This document shows positions 25,701 through 40,700 of a DNA stretch of 64,000 bases, one piece after another (positions within the stretch are counted from its first letter, which is position 1; each line of letters starts with the position of its first letter). Source of the DNA: Camelus dromedarius (Eukaryota); contig NC_087447.1 in NCBI RefSeq assembly GCF_036321535.1, positions 40,302,001-40,366,000 of the forward strand, read 5' to 3'. The position numbers and the translations under genes were made by a program. The notes under the pieces are model-generated. The model was not told the origin of the DNA. It saw only the letters and a list, made by a program, of their open reading frames with translations, and did no database searches.

Positions 25701-28700
25701 GGAGGTTGTGAGATTTAAGGCAGTGTTTACATAAACATTTAGAACAATGTCTTGTCCTACTGGGTACTCAAGTAACAGTACCTGTCATCACCACCATTAC
25801 TTGTCACTGCAGAAGAGGAAAAGAGACGTGGTTCCTTTTTTTCTAATGGACTCTGATTTGTATCAAGGGAAAACAATATTGCTCATTAAATTCATTGATT
25901 TAATAGATGGAGGCAGAAGAGGCTGCTGCTAAAGCATCATCAGAAGTGAACCTGGCACACTTACCTCCCAGTTATCACAATGAGACCAACACAGAAACCA
26001 AGGTGGGAAACAACACCATCCACGTCCACCGAGAAATTCACAAGGTAAGGGCGGTCGTGGTCCTCCTTTCTGCCGCGTCTAGTCCCGCCAGAAGACTAAG
26101 GTCTTGCTTACATATTTGATACACAAGCCAAAAATACATGTGGAGATGGTGAAATACAGGTTAAAAACCAGAAGGAGTGAGGGAGCTATTTAAAGGGGAA
26201 AGATATGTATCAAAAACATAAATTGCTTTTGCATTTAAGCAATAAAGTTGATTCTGATCTTCCTGCCGATCCAATTGAGGGCTTTTTATCATTTGAAAAA
26301 AGGAACAAGTATCTAGAGTGATACTTTTCTAGCACTGAGTTCGAGGAATTTATCTCACAGGTTTTTATCTATATTTCAATAGAGAGTTGAAATAGAGATC
26401 ATGTTGTGGTGAACAGATCTTCACGGTTTCCTTAGGAGGAACTCATGTGCAGTATACTCAGTCCTCAGAAGGGAAAGCCTCTGTTGCCTCAAGGTTAAAC
26501 ATTCATCCGTATGCTGGTTATCCATTCAGAATTCTATGGCGGAGTGTTTTCCAGCCCACCGCACGTCTAAGTGTCTCTTCATCCAGTGTCTTGTGCAAGG
26601 GACAAGCAGATTTGTTCTGTCTAGAGGAACGTGGCATTAGCGTGCCCTGGTGTGAGATGTCTCCTGGGTGACTCTGGCAGAACTCTGAGTGCAGGCCATG
26701 CAGCCTGTCTTCTCTTGGAGAGAGCCTGGCGTGCGGATGTTCAGGGTCGTTGCTAGAGGCTGTAGAGCTGACCTTCTGTTGTGCCAGTCAGGGAGCTTGA
26801 CCTCTGATCCCATCTCAGCTCCTCCATGCAAGGCCACAGTGGTTCTCACAAAAGAGTCTTGCTTTTGTTCAAGTGCCCAGGTAATGACTGGGTTGAAACA
26901 ATAGCATTTCTGTGCTGTAGAGGATAAAGGGGTCAATTTTCAGGGGCTGCTGCCTTGACTATAAAGTAGCCTTTGTGTGGCTGTCCTCCCGCTGCATGCT
27001 AATGGGCCCAGCTCCAGGGTGTGCCCTCCCCCGTCCACCCCAGATAAATGAATGAGTCACCTGCCAAATAGGATCCTTTAGCATTCTCATCGGAAGCCTA
27101 GAGAATGTTTCCAAAAGTGATTGCTTTATTCTTGTCAAAACCAATCTGAAGTCATCCTTTCTGACAGTAATTAGCTCACAGGTTCAGCTGCTTCTTAAAT
27201 CTACTCCCTATAGATACCGGAATACCCAAGTGTGAGTCCTACCAGTAACTGATAGTGAAAAATTATTTCAGTTTCATGACCATCACTAATGAAATAGGGA
27301 TATCAGCCCCTATGTGACGGATTCCTGAGGATCAGACAACTTAAGGTATACGAGAGTCATGTAAACTGTGAAGTGCGATGCAGCAGCAAGTTGTTCTCAT
27401 TATTACTGTTGTATTATGGTGAAGTCATGTTACATGCATGGTGTAGTAGCGGGTTCAGTGGAGCGTCTGTCCTCTGCGATGCCTTAGGAAAGAGGGGCTC
27501 AGTAGTGAAACATATTTGGAAAACATTGTACACAGTTCTCTTCCTAGACGCACAGTATAATAAAGACATAGTATAATGCTGTAGGATCATAAAGGCTCTG
27601 AGGAGTTCTCATTCCTGTACATTCAGAGCTGGACAATGAACAATATATATAACGTTGGCCAGTCCTGTAAGTATCTGGCATAAAGGAAGAAGACATCTCT
27701 TTGTTAGAGAGAGGAATTACTTAGATAAAAGATTTAAAATCTGTTGCTGATGACGTGATGATTATCTCCTTGGAGCTGGAGTTAGAGCTGGAATGTGATC
27801 CACGGTTGCATGCTAGGCTGAGAGTTTCCACTTGGTTTTGGCTGCAGGCACCTGTGATATTAGGACTGGCAGGAAGTTTAAAGATGACCTAGAAATGACA
27901 AAGTTGTGAATCAGAGAACAGAAGTGACTTGTTCCACATTACATGCTAGACAGTTGTCGATGTCAGAGCCAAGGCCCGGAGAACACAAATCACTTAGCTC
28001 CTGGGCCAGCGTTCTTTCTATTCTTTTATCGCCAACACAGACATTAGACATGGCCTTGGATGGAGTGGAATGGCCTGGCTTCCACCCCAGGATTCTGAGG
28101 TTCAGCTTTGTGGTGCCTGCTCCTGATCACAGAATCTGAGGCAGACAACCGATAGCGGAGGAGGGGGCCAGGTCTGCCATTGTATGTAAGCACTTTCTTG
28201 ATAAAATGAAACTGTCCTCAGAATCAGGAAGAGGGCAGCTGTGGCTCAAACCTGTTTTATTCTCCTGAATGTCATTCGATTCCATACCCAGACCTGGAGT
28301 AGTCCAAAAGAAAGTGGACGCTGAGTTTCAAGTGAATGGGCCCCAAGAGCAATACAGGTGCTGAGTATTGGCAGGGTGACAGGCCATGTGCTGCATGCCT
28401 CAGGGTGCCCCGTGCTGTGCTCTCGTGGCCACACCGCCGGTGGAGCTCAGGAAGAGGGGGAGTGGGCATTCTGCCTACTTTAGCAGATGCTCCTGCTTCA
28501 GTAAGTGGAAAACACCAAAACAAAAAAAAACCAACTCGTGGAATTTGCTCAGAATTCCTTCTGTTTCACTTTCACTGTGCGGTTCTCCTGCAGATCACCA
28601 ACAACCAGACTGGACAGATGGTCTTTTCAGAGACGGTCATTACATCGATGGGCGATGAAGAAGGCAAAAGGAGCCACGTGAGTCGTCATCCTCCCCACAC

Positions 28701-31700
28701 CCACACCCGAGGCTCACACTCCTGAGCTCAGCCTGTCGAGGGCGACCCAGACAGCGGGCCGCGGCAGGAGGGAGCTGGCTCCTGTGCACCTCTCCTGCCC
28801 TGTTTCTGCCAAGGTTCCCCAATTCCTCCCTTTCTGGCCAGACAGATGCAGCCTGCTAGCAGGCTCTGCCTCCGTGCAGCCGGCCCCAGAAACAACAGAC
28901 ACATTCAATTCCATTGTCATTTGCAAGGTTGCGTCTCAGCCTTGGGAGGGGAACGCGGAAGTGCCGGGCGCGTTGTTTGAGGTCCCTGGTAACAAGAACT
29001 GGTGAACCTGGACTGAAAATCCCCTAAAGCCTCTGGCCTGACCCATGTCATTTATAACCCCAGCCCTGGCCTGGCAGTTTGAGAGCCAGAAAGGGAAAGG
29101 TGCCTGCTACTCAGTGGCCTGTTGCTCAGTCCCAAGGCCGGCTGGTTTTTAGAGAATTACAGATTATGAACGTGGCCAGGGGTGTCATTTCACAGACAGA
29201 AGGTCTGGCATAGGTCGGGGGCTGATCCAGGCAGGATCACTGGCCTTCAGACTCCCAGGCCAGAGGCAACTCAGTGGACCTTCATCTTTGCAAAGAGGGG
29301 CCCAGCTTTGGTTGCAGAGACCCGGTGAGACAACAACCAGGCGACGTGGTCCATTGTAGACAGTGCCTCCTCTGTGGGGCCTGCAAGGGCCGGCCTCTCT
29401 CGGCCCAGGTGCCTTAGGCAAGTTTCCAACCACAAGGTCCTCCCCTCTGAGGTGCAGAGTGCATCTCCAGCTTCCTAAGGGGATCAGGGGATCCCCCCCA
29501 CCCGCTGGGCCTTATTGCAGGAAGAGAAGCTGCGTACCTGTAACCCTGAGGGAGGCGGTGTTGCCATGGCTGGCAGTCGATGGGTTCATTTTGCTCGTTT
29601 TTGGCACTTTACTGACTTTACTGCAGGCTGGGGCGGGGGGAGTCCAGTCAGCTGCATGTGATGGTGGACTTTCCATTCAAGGGACCTCAGGGGTGGCAGG
29701 GGGCAAGCCATGTGGCGAGATGGAAAGAGACCTGGTGGCAGAGGCTGGAAGCATGAGTTTGTCACTTATAAACTAGGTCACCTTTCAGTTTCCCCATCCT
29801 GAAATAAGACAGTGGCTTTTGCCATCTCTCCCAACTCTGAAAGTACAGAAGACCGTGAAACAAAAATAGACTAAGGACAGGAGGGAAGAGAGGCTGGCTT
29901 TTGAAGGTGGGAAAAGAGAAAGAGAGAAGACAAAAAGGAAAAGAAGAGCCCAGACAAGCAGGTGGTGTCAAGAGGGGAAAGCTTTAGAGTACTCCAGATT
30001 TAAGTCTCAGTGGAAGGGCAGGGGAAACAGCTCTCAGGGCTGTGGGTTAGAAAGAAGCCTTTGTCTTCAAGTGAAAGGAAAGAAAAAGGTGTGTGATTGC
30101 ACGACAGTATAGCTGTGCTGGGGGAGCCTCCCAGAGCCTGGACGGCAGCAGCACCGCTGTGAGCTCCCTGTGAGGGCCAGGTGCACATCCCGGGCTCCCC
30201 CCTGCCTTCCAGGTGAGGTGGCTGTGTCACGTGTTGAGCCCTGAGGTTGGAGGAACCAAAGCTCTGAGAGTGGCAGGTGGGCGAGAGACAAGATCTCAAA
30301 GACTCCAAGAGTTTGCGAGGGTCAGGGAGCAGCTGCCTGCACTTGTAGGCTGCAGCCTCCGTGTTTGCCCAGTTTTGCCAAGTCTGCGTGGCCCGTGTGT
30401 CTGTGCCCCAGGCTCGGCCGCAAGGCCCAGAATCCCCATGTGTGCCCACACAGGCACATGCGTTCATCATGAGATGGAGGATGTAAGTGGCACCTCCGTG
30501 CAGTGCAGAATCTGACCCCCTGTGTCAATGGTCCTGAGAATGCAAGAGGTTGACCCAGAGGGCAGAGACTCACCAAGTTTTTCCAGATTCCTGCTCAGGC
30601 CCTTGGTATATTAACTCAAGAGAGTTTTTCTAGGAGAATAAATTCCAGTTCGATTGTCTAGGAAGGAGACCTGGGGCATCTGATGCCTGACTGGCCAGTG
30701 CCCAGTGAACCCCATGGGTCTTTAGAGAACAGACTGGAGACTTTCCAAGCCACCTATGAAGGATGGCAGTGGGTCACAGGGCAGGAGCGGTGGTGTGTCC
30801 CCTCACTACACAGCCTTGCTTGTTGTCGGGGCGCCTTGCCAGGAGTCTGAGAAGCGAGGTCTAGTTTCAAGTGCCCACAGAATCCTTCCATCCAACTCCT
30901 CTGTGGTTCCTGGGTTACCATTGTCCCAGCACAACTGAGCAGGGGCTCAAGCATCATCTTTACAGAGTCGTGGGGCTCCTTTTTCTGAGAGGGAAGATGT
31001 AAAGGCTACATTGCCTTGAAAGGGCGGAGGACAGTCGGACATCGTCACTGCTATCCCATTCCGTGATTTTGCAACTTAATGACTTTTACAGTTGGCTCTG
31101 AAAAAGGCGTTTGGTGCCGATGAGACTTTCTCTTAGGTGGCAATGGGAGGCTTGCCGTTCAAAGGGACAAAATCATATGCTGCCCAAACCTTCTGCAAAT
31201 GGCAGCTAAATTTTTGGGATTTAAAATTCCCAGGTGAAGTCAATTAAAAATAATCACCAAGTGCCCCACATTTTCCTTTCATCAAGCGCTGGGATGTGTA
31301 TGCATATTTCACCTGAGCGCCCCGGCGACGGTGATGTGGCCTGACGTCCTTCTGTGAGGCTTTTGTGCGGAGCCCTCGGCCTGTCTGCCTTCACGGGCCA
31401 GCGGGTGGGCTGACTGACGCTGAGCTACTTTCGTGCAGGGGGTTAGGAGGAAAGTGGCGGGTGGGCAGCCTGAGAGCAGACGAGCCGTTATGCACACATG
31501 GGAGGCTTTTGTTTATAACTGTGTCCCCAAACAGGAAGCATCTGGCACAGTTAGCCACCGCACCGTTTTGAAGGGACTTGTCCTCTAATTGAAATATAGC
31601 TCGGAGCTACCGAGCTTAGCGTGTTGTGCGTTTGTTGTCTTCTCTGTTTTCACTTTAGAATAGGATCTAAAACAGCAGGTCTGTTTGCTTTCCCAGCTGA

Positions 31701-34700
31701 ACGTACCTTACTTGAACCTATAGATTTGATCACATGTAACCAACTCCAAGGTACCACTCAAGGCAGCATCTACTTCTGAGGGCACAGGCAGACAGATTTC
31801 ACTCCCAGATTCAAGATGGCAGTGATCTGAGTGACCCGTGATTCCCTTGTCCAGGAGAATGGTCAGAGCAGACAGTGCACTGCGGACAGTGGCGGTGGAA
31901 TTCTCCACCAGTGTGAGCCCAGTGTCTTCTCTGATGGGAGGACGCTTTGGCTGTTATTTGCGTTGAAGTCTGGGGGAAGTGGGATGGCAAACTGTGCTGG
32001 CTGAACTTGAGGATTTACTTCTTTGTTTCCCATTGAACAGTCAGCATCCTGTCACTTCAGAGCCCGAAGAGGCCCAGCAGGAGTGTGGGCAGAGGAAGCG
32101 GGTTGATGCCCTCTTCCCCTGTAGGCCTCAGGGTCTCCTCTGCCCCCAGCTGGTTCACTCAGCACAGAGTAAGCTTTGTCTGCTCCCTCTGCTCTGATTT
32201 CTGAGGCTGGAGCCACCCTTATCAATCTCACGGAATTGCAGAGGGCACAAAGCTCATGAGTCATTGGGTTTATTTTGGCAGAAATGCACGAAGGGAGGAC
32301 ACGGGTCCAAAGGCCCAGCCTCCTGGAGAGTCCTGCTGGGGGTGTGTGTGTGTGTGTGAAGGGGGTGATGGTGAGGGGGCCAAATCCCAGGAAATGCAGC
32401 CCTTCCCTGTCTGTCTGGGGGCAGGAGGAAGTCTGAACAAGGTGTGAGGCCCACCTGGGTTCAGACCTGCCCTGACCCTTACAAGCTCTGTGATTCAGCT
32501 CACAAAACTGAGTGAGAGTCTAGTAAGGCGCAGTTTATAAAAGCTCTTTGTGTAAGGCTCATTATTATTGAAAAGTAATTAACACTGACTTCTGATTGGC
32601 TTCTCCCCTGGTTCCCAGCAACCTACTGCAAAAAGAATGGAATTTTCCTGGAAGCTGAGGATGTGTTTCAGGACTCCAGGGGCCTCTTCCCACTGTTTGT
32701 GGCCTTGGGCTAAGTTCTCCAGAGCCCTGCCTCGCCCTCTGAGTAATGCGCTCTGCCGGAAGCTCTGTGCTCTGAGCCTGAGCCTCGAGCTTGACTCACC
32801 CTGGGCGTCTTGTCCTCTCGAGTCCTGCGTGTCTGGTCTTGTGCTGGGGATACAGAGGGAAAGTGGGGCCTAATGAATGACAAGAAGCACAGGGGGTGGT
32901 CATGTGCTGACAGGTTACAGGATGGGCCTGGGTTGGCAGGACGTATACTGGTTTCTATAGAAACCAGCTTATAGATCTAAGAGTGATGACAGTCTTGTGT
33001 GACTGTGTGATTCCACAGCCTATAACCAGACATGTGGGTACTTTTGTGTTTCTAGATGTATATGTGCATTGACTTTGTAGTTTCTGGCCAAGTCTCATAC
33101 CTTAGTCCAGTCGGAAAAAGTTACAGGGAAAATGGAGAAGCTCTGGATCATTCTGAGAAGTGGATAAGCATTCCTCAAATAAATACAGTTGATGTGGGTA
33201 AGCGGTTTTTAAGGAGTAAGCATTTCTTTTTGAACTGTGACCTGGCTACATTAAATTGTACTATCTTCAACCTCAATATCCTTCAAGAAGGAATTCATTA
33301 AATATACATGATTCCACAAGCAAAATCAAAACACTGTGAAGTTTGATAAACGAGTTTCATATAAGTTAGTATAAAAGGACATCTTCAATAAAATGTAAAG
33401 TGAAGAAAAAGCAATTGCAGAGCCGTGTATTTACTATATAACGTATATGAGGTATACTTTATATGCTTTATACACTATATAAAAATACCTCATTTTTAGA
33501 AAAAAAGTATGCATAGAAGAGCTTGGCAAAATGTAAAAAAAAAAAAAAAATCATTACTAGTAGATATCTCTGGAGGAATTGAATTTTGCAGACCTTTCCT
33601 TTACAGATTTCTGTGTGTTTTGAATGTTTTAAAAAGATATTATGAATTATTTACAATTTTGCTATAGATATCTATCTATACTTTTGAGCAATATTGCAAG
33701 TGTTTTCATCATGTAAAACCTGGAAATCAAATTGCTCTGTCAAAGGGTGTCCATATCCAAGATTTTGAGAGATGTTGCCAAATTTTCCTCCAGGAGGTTG
33801 TACTAATTTTGCTCTTAGCAGCAGTTTCTGGGATAATTTCACCAATCCTCCCTCACCTACAGTGGGTAGGGGTGATCACCTGTGTCTTCTTTTTGTTTCT
33901 ATTTCTTTGATTATTAGTAAGATCAGGGGGCATGGCTGTTTGAAAATTGTAAGTTGTAGCAAACATAGGGTGCTTCACAAATAAATCTCATCCTTTCCTC
34001 TCTTTTTCAGAGAGAAAGGTCAGTTTTGCATTCCAGGCTGTTCCCGAAACCAAACACCATCTGGCTCAGTGTGGGACAGATTAGGAAGGTGTGAAGTTCC
34101 AGTGGGAACTGTCTGAGTGTTCATGTCCGTGGAGGTGGCTGATGGGCTGTGAGTCACATCAGGGAGTAGGTGATGGTGACGTGCAGGCCACTGCCGCCAC
34201 CCACCCCTGTCATCACAAACAGGCACTCCCTCCTTCCTTCTCTGGCTACTTCCGCCAACACCCCAAACCCAAGCTTCGATGCCCTGGGAGAGGAGGGGCA
34301 TTTAAGTGGGCGGCTATGGCTCGGGTGCAGGCAGACCCAGTTCAGAGTGCAGCTGTGTTGCTGTTAGCCATGTGACTGGTTAAATCCCTAACTGCTCTAA
34401 GCCTCAGTTTCCCCACATGTAGAGTGGATTCATCAAAGTACCTTCCTTCCATAGAGCATTTCATGAGAATAAAATGAAGCAATCCAGATAAAAACCACCA
34501 TACAGCACCTTGAACACAAGAAGCAGCAGTGAGTCAACGTCATCCCTTTGTTGTTATGATTATTTGATTACCCCCAAACCATGGCTGTCAAAATTCCCAA
34601 TTTTAATTATTCAACTCATCCATTTCCATTTATTTGCATATTGAGCATGTAATGTGTGTCTGGCAGATAAATGTAAAAGACGGTCCCGAACAGCAGAGAG

Positions 34701-37700
34701 GACCCAGGCTAGCAGTGGAACAAAAAAGTAAACAGGTCATTACAACGTGGATTCATATTTCCTAAGGCAGAGGTGGACAGGGCATGGTGGGAGCATTGTG
34801 TGGCTTCCCAGATCAGGTAGCCAGGGAAGATTTTGTCGATCCTTCTTGCTCTCTGGAGTTTCTGCTTGTTTTGTAAGCAGAGACATTAATTGCCCTTTTG
34901 TTCCAGACTATCTTTCCAAGGATATTTGTACAGCAAGCAGCCTTGGAAAACAGAGATAACACTTCCTGCCTGGCAGAAGGCAGGTTCATTTGCAGCCCAT
35001 TATACAACATTTGGGTGCTTGACAGTCCTCAGCTGTGATGCATACACAGCATCCACCTAGGTCCCTCCACGTTGTCCCCTGGGACTTGGGGGCGAGGGGA
35101 ACTGTCACAGACATGAGGCTCGTGCTGCTTTGGTGTTGTCTCTGACCCGGGAGTCTCAGGTCTATGCTGGCATCCAGGAAACTGTGGAAGGCTCACTTGT
35201 CACCTTGCAAATAAGGTCTTGGACCCTTTAGATTTCTTGGCGGGCTTCCTAGAATAGGTGGCGGTTGAGCTGTGTTTTGAATGGTGTCTAGGAATTCTAG
35301 TTGTGGGGAGGAAGGGCATTCCTTGCAGAAGCATTCTTTGTTCAAAGTCAAGGAGGCATGTGAAGCTAATAACATGTTTGAGGAGCACCACGTAGTTGAG
35401 AGCGCCAGGGCTGGAGGTGTGCTTGGGGGAGCAGCAGATGAGGCTGGGGAGAGGCAGGAATCAGATCAGGAAGGGCTCCGAGAGCCCTGCCAAGGAGCTG
35501 GAAATACACACTGACTTAGGAACATACCCTGCGTCTGAAATGCTGTGTGTATAGCGCATCAAGGCTCTCTGCCATCCCAGAGGACACAGCTGGGAAGACG
35601 TGGTTTGGGTGGCAGAGACGGTGGGGACGGGGTTTTGCTTATTCCTGCTGAAACTCTAGGCTGAATCCTCTGTGCCCTGCAAAAAGCCTGGCTTTGGGGC
35701 TTGGAATCTGGAAACTTTTACTTAGAAATGGAACACACCTCTTCTGCTCGGTGCCAGTAGGCAGGCCAGATAAATGACAGTGATTGAACTTGAAATTTCA
35801 TTAGGCTGACGGCTGCAGAACAAGCCATTTCCGTGGTTTCTGGGTTGCCCAAGCACGTCAGGGGCTGAAGAGCTCCCTGTGCAGGTGGGTGGCTGTCCAC
35901 TGCTGCTAGGGCCTGGAGATCCTTCCAGACCAGCCTGGGGGCCTTTTCAGCCTGTGTCTCTGCCCTTTCTGGACCTTTGGCGTAGTTCTGAGAAACTCCC
36001 AGGGCTCGTGAGTCCATTTTGTTTTATTTTTAAAATAACATTGAGGACCACAATGCTCCCTCATTTGGTCACTGACTCGGAAAGTGACCAGATTACCCAT
36101 CCTCTCTCCAAAGCCACCTATTTCTCCTTCTCAGAGTAAATCCTGCAACAGTTCAGACCAGCTCGTCAGTGCTGTGATATGACTGAGTGCTCAGTGATAA
36201 CAAATGACCATGGTGACAATGCTAGTAATAGCCAATGGCGAACGTTAAGAGCTGCCATTTATGGGGCCCTTGCTGTGTGCCAGGACTAGGATCTCACCAG
36301 CTTCCCTTCATATAATCCACATGACAACCATTTAAGTCACATATGCTGTTGATCCCATTTTATAGATGAAGTAACCGAGGCTCAGAGAAGTTCAACAGCA
36401 GAGCTAGGTGGCAGAGCCTGTACCAAGAAAAAGAAGCAAAGCAAATTGCCTAGGTGTTGTCGATTACCAAATCTCTAAAACCCATGCTCTTAAAGGAACG
36501 TTTTTAAAAATTGTGTTGAAATATATATACATAAAATTTGCCATCCCAACCATTTTTAAGCATATAGTTCAGTAGTAAGTACATTCACATTGTTGTGCAG
36601 CCAGTCTCCAGAACTCTTTTCATCTTGCAGAACTGAAACGCTGTGCCCATTAAACAGTAACCCCTGTTTTTCCCTCCCTTTGGTCCCTGGCAACCAGTCT
36701 TCTGACTTCTGTCTCTATGAATTTGACTGTTCTCGATACTTCGTATGAATGGAATCATACAGTATTTGTCCTCTTATTTCACTTAGCATAATGTTCTCAA
36801 GGCTCACTCACGTTGTAGCATGTGTCAGAATTTCCTTCCTTTTTCAGGCTGAACAGTATGGTTTGTGGAAACTACATTTTGTTTGCACCCATCTGTCAGT
36901 GAACACTTGGGTTGCCTTCACCTCTTGGCTGTTGTGAATAATATTGCGATGAATGCGAGTGTACAAATCTCTCTTTGAGTCCCTGATCTCAGTTCTTTTT
37001 GGTATATACAGGCTGGAATTTTTGGATTACATAGTAATTCTATTTTGATTTTTTTGAGGCACTGCCATACTGTTTCCTACAGCAGCTGCACCATTGTACA
37101 CGCCCACCAGTGGAGCACAAGGTGGGATGTTATATTACCCCTTGGCATCCATGACTGTAGGCACTGGGGAACTCAGGGTCCAATTTGAGCTGAAGGGCTG
37201 TACAAAAATCCCCGGACTCAGGTGGGAGGGTATAGCTCATTGGTAAAATGCAAGCCTAGATGCACAGGGTCCTGGGTTCAATCCCCAGTACACCATAAAA
37301 AATAGTAATTATAAATAAATAAATAAGTAAGCCTGATTACCCCCCCCCCGAAAAAATCCCTGGGCTCTGCTGCCCTGGGTCCAGGCAGTGCCTTCCCAAC
37401 ACAGGTCCCCGTGGTTGCCTCTCCATTACGGCAGCCACAGCCTCAGAGGGTGTCTCTGTGGTGTAACTGACGCCACTAAGTAGTAACTCACGCCCTGGCC
37501 TCAGGCCAGCATGCTGGGAACTGCCCCCAGGCTGGCTGTAGGCAAGCTCTGGCTGCGTCTTAGATGTTCATCTCCAGGATCCAAAGAGGTGATTTTCCTG
37601 ATTGTTAGAAATCTCCACCCCCTCCGCACCTTCCTTTATGAGATCCCCCATGTCTTACAGAGAATCCCAGTGTCGTCAGGGAGCTTCCACGTCCCTGTCA

Positions 37701-40700
37701 GGGCTCCGCAGACTCCTAGGGGCTCAGCTGGGCTACAGCCTCAGGGAGAGGGCTTTGTGGTGGTGGCAGCAGTTCTTTAAATCCCCACCAGTGGTCAGGA
37801 GGGCTTCCTGGGAACAGGGTCAAAGGACAGTGCTTTGGTCATGCCCTCCCCTCCTCTGGGGTTAGGGGCAGAGCCAGTGCAAGGGACCTGGGTCGGGATG
37901 GGGGGTCGGGATGCAGAGAAATGTATCTAATGCCCTCAGTCATGCCCCAAATCTGATCAGCTGAGCTGGTCTCCCAAATAGGCAGGAACATCTACTCTTG
38001 GTCCCATCCCCAGCAGACTGTAGAAAAAAATGATGGATGGGGATTGAGTCATCTAAATGTTTGTCCAGATCTCATCGCTCTGTCTGGACGTGCTGTCCAT
38101 TTCATTTTTCACCTCTACCTCCTGGAAGAGAAAGAATAAACAAGGCATTTGGGTTCATTTTATGGGAGCACAGAGCAGTGGGGTTTGGAGTCTGAAGTGT
38201 TATGAGTTGGAATCCCTGCTTCTTGGGCAACTTCCCCCAACGCCTCTGAGCACTGGTTCCTGCCCCATGAAAGGAGGATTTAGTGACTGCCCAAAGTAAG
38301 AGACAATGTATTGACAGTATCTGTCACTTAATAGATGCTCGGTACATGTAAATTCTCCTTTCTGACCTAATTTCCTTGGCCTCTGGGGCAGGAAGCAGCA
38401 GTTTACTGAATATGAGTGGGATAAATTAGTACATGTGTTTATTTTGTTGTAAGGTTGCTGTCCCTTGAAACCCAGTAACTGAGAAAGTTTCTCAGGTTAT
38501 ACTGGGTATAAGGTCCTAGACCAAACAGATGTAAAAGCTGTTGTCTGGAAAGACGGTCTTGTGCCAAAGATAAAGTAAAGTAAGACTTCACCGAGTCACA
38601 GAATTATAAATGGCAGGATTCACAGGGTCCTTTGAGCTCCTGTAAACGAGGGTTTAAAGCATGGGGCACATACACTACCACTGCCCCACCACTGTGCTCG
38701 TGACAGACATCACTAATCAATTGTTGTTTCCTAATGAGCCCAGATAGAGCTTCAGAACTTGAGATAACACAGCCCTTCAAGCAACCACTGATTATCAACT
38801 GGGAAAGCGCTGTATTTGAAATCCATTTATTGTTCCTACTCTAGACCAAACCTCTCATTGTACAGATGGAAAAACAGAGATGAGGGGCACATAATTTTCT
38901 CCAAATCATGCAGCTGTTGAAGTTGGGACCTTATATCCAGTTCAGTTGGGTTTTTAATACACTGTGGACTTGGAGTTTCCTGTTTAGGAAGCAGGGCGGT
39001 GGTGCCACCGTTTTTGTGACACCTTGTAAGATTGGTAACTGGGCAGGTGGTCTGTCTGATGCTGAGAAGACGGTGACCACGCGTGGGGTGGGATGAGGCT
39101 TCTCAGATCTAGGGGGCAACACCAGAAGTTGGTGAAGTGGTAGCAGAAGTGTCTGTAAGACCGTGAGCCCTGGGAAGGCAGGGGCTTTGTCGTGTTTACC
39201 TCTGTATCGACATGAGGTAGGTGCTTAGTAGTTTAATGGATACGTTGAATGGATAAAACTATTGACCAAGGAATAAACTGGGGACTATAAATATAAGCAG
39301 AAGTCCCTGAAGATTAGATTCAGCAAAGAGCTGCCAGTACAGAGATGAGTTTTATTTGCTTGAAAGAATGGTCCTCTCTGTGTTTTTCTTGTCTTCATTC
39401 GTTCATCTAATTATTGAATACCTACTGTTTGCTGGGCTCTATACCAGGTGTTTTTATGTGCTTTATTTTGTAATCTTTATAATACTGAGAAGTAGATATT
39501 ATTTTACAGATGAGGACACTGGAGTTTGGAGAAGTTAAATTCAGTTAAATTCCCAAAGTCATGGTAGGTGGTTGAATGGTTCATATTCCTCTGAAACCAG
39601 ATATAAATTTTTCCCTTTTCAAGAAAAAGATATATTTCTGATAGAAGTAGTCATGGAAGTTTGCAGCCATAATTTTGGGTGGTTTTGAACCTTCTGCCAC
39701 CTGGCTATACTCCTGTCATTTATATTGAGTCATTGAACACTCCCCCTCCCCCCACCAAAAATGCTCAAAATGAAAAAACAAAATCACCAAAAGACCACTG
39801 GGTAGCAATAAACACAGGGATCTTTCCCTCCCAGGGATGGTGGAGCCCCTTGGGGTCACCAGGGGAGGCTGTTAGGGTTAGGGAGCTGTGGAATCTCTCA
39901 CTCTCTTTCTTTTGCTCCTGCCACTGGTCATATGAGACCTGTGCCCCTGAAGGGGACTGTTCCAAACCACCGAGGAGGGAGGGGCATTTTAAGTGGGTGG
40001 CAGGCGCCCGTATCTGAAGTTTAGCCACTGACACATTTCAATGATGTGATGTGGAAAATACAGCCACAGGGAAACAGCCCAAATTTTCCACAGTCTCATA
40101 ATCCATGGCCTCCAGGGAGAGGAAGCAGGTACAAAAGGCAGGGAGAGCCCACTGCCTGGTGAGCTGCAGTCAGGGTGGAAAAACATCTTGGCTCGCAGAT
40201 GGAGGAGGCCTGCTCTCCAGGCCAGTGGGTCCCCGGTGGCTCGAGGTGGGCTGGGGCCAGCAGACTCCATTCCTAAGTCAGCCCCAGGGGCACAGGTGCC
40301 CCCACCCAGCAGCCTTTTGCTTTTCCCATTGCTTTGAGGCCCTGTTTTCCCCCATGAGGTCTGCAGGGACCTCTTTCCGCGGAGAGAACACACACCCTGC
40401 AGCAGAAAGGCCAAGTCAAAGGCCAGTAGTCACACCTGGGCCTGCCTTGGCAGTCCTGTTCCCCTCCCCCTGACAGCTTCGCTAGGATTTGGAGGGTGAA
40501 AGAAAGGAAAGAGAACGAATATTCATTGAGCACCTACTATGTGCCAGGTACTGTGGACCACTTCATAGAAGCTGTTTTCCTTAGCTCTTACCAAACCCAC
40601 CTAAAACAGGGGTACAGCCCCACTTAAAGAGAAGGAAGCATAGAGTGACTTGCCAAGGTTGGAAAGCTTGTAAGTTAGGATTTGGAAACAGGTCTGTCTT

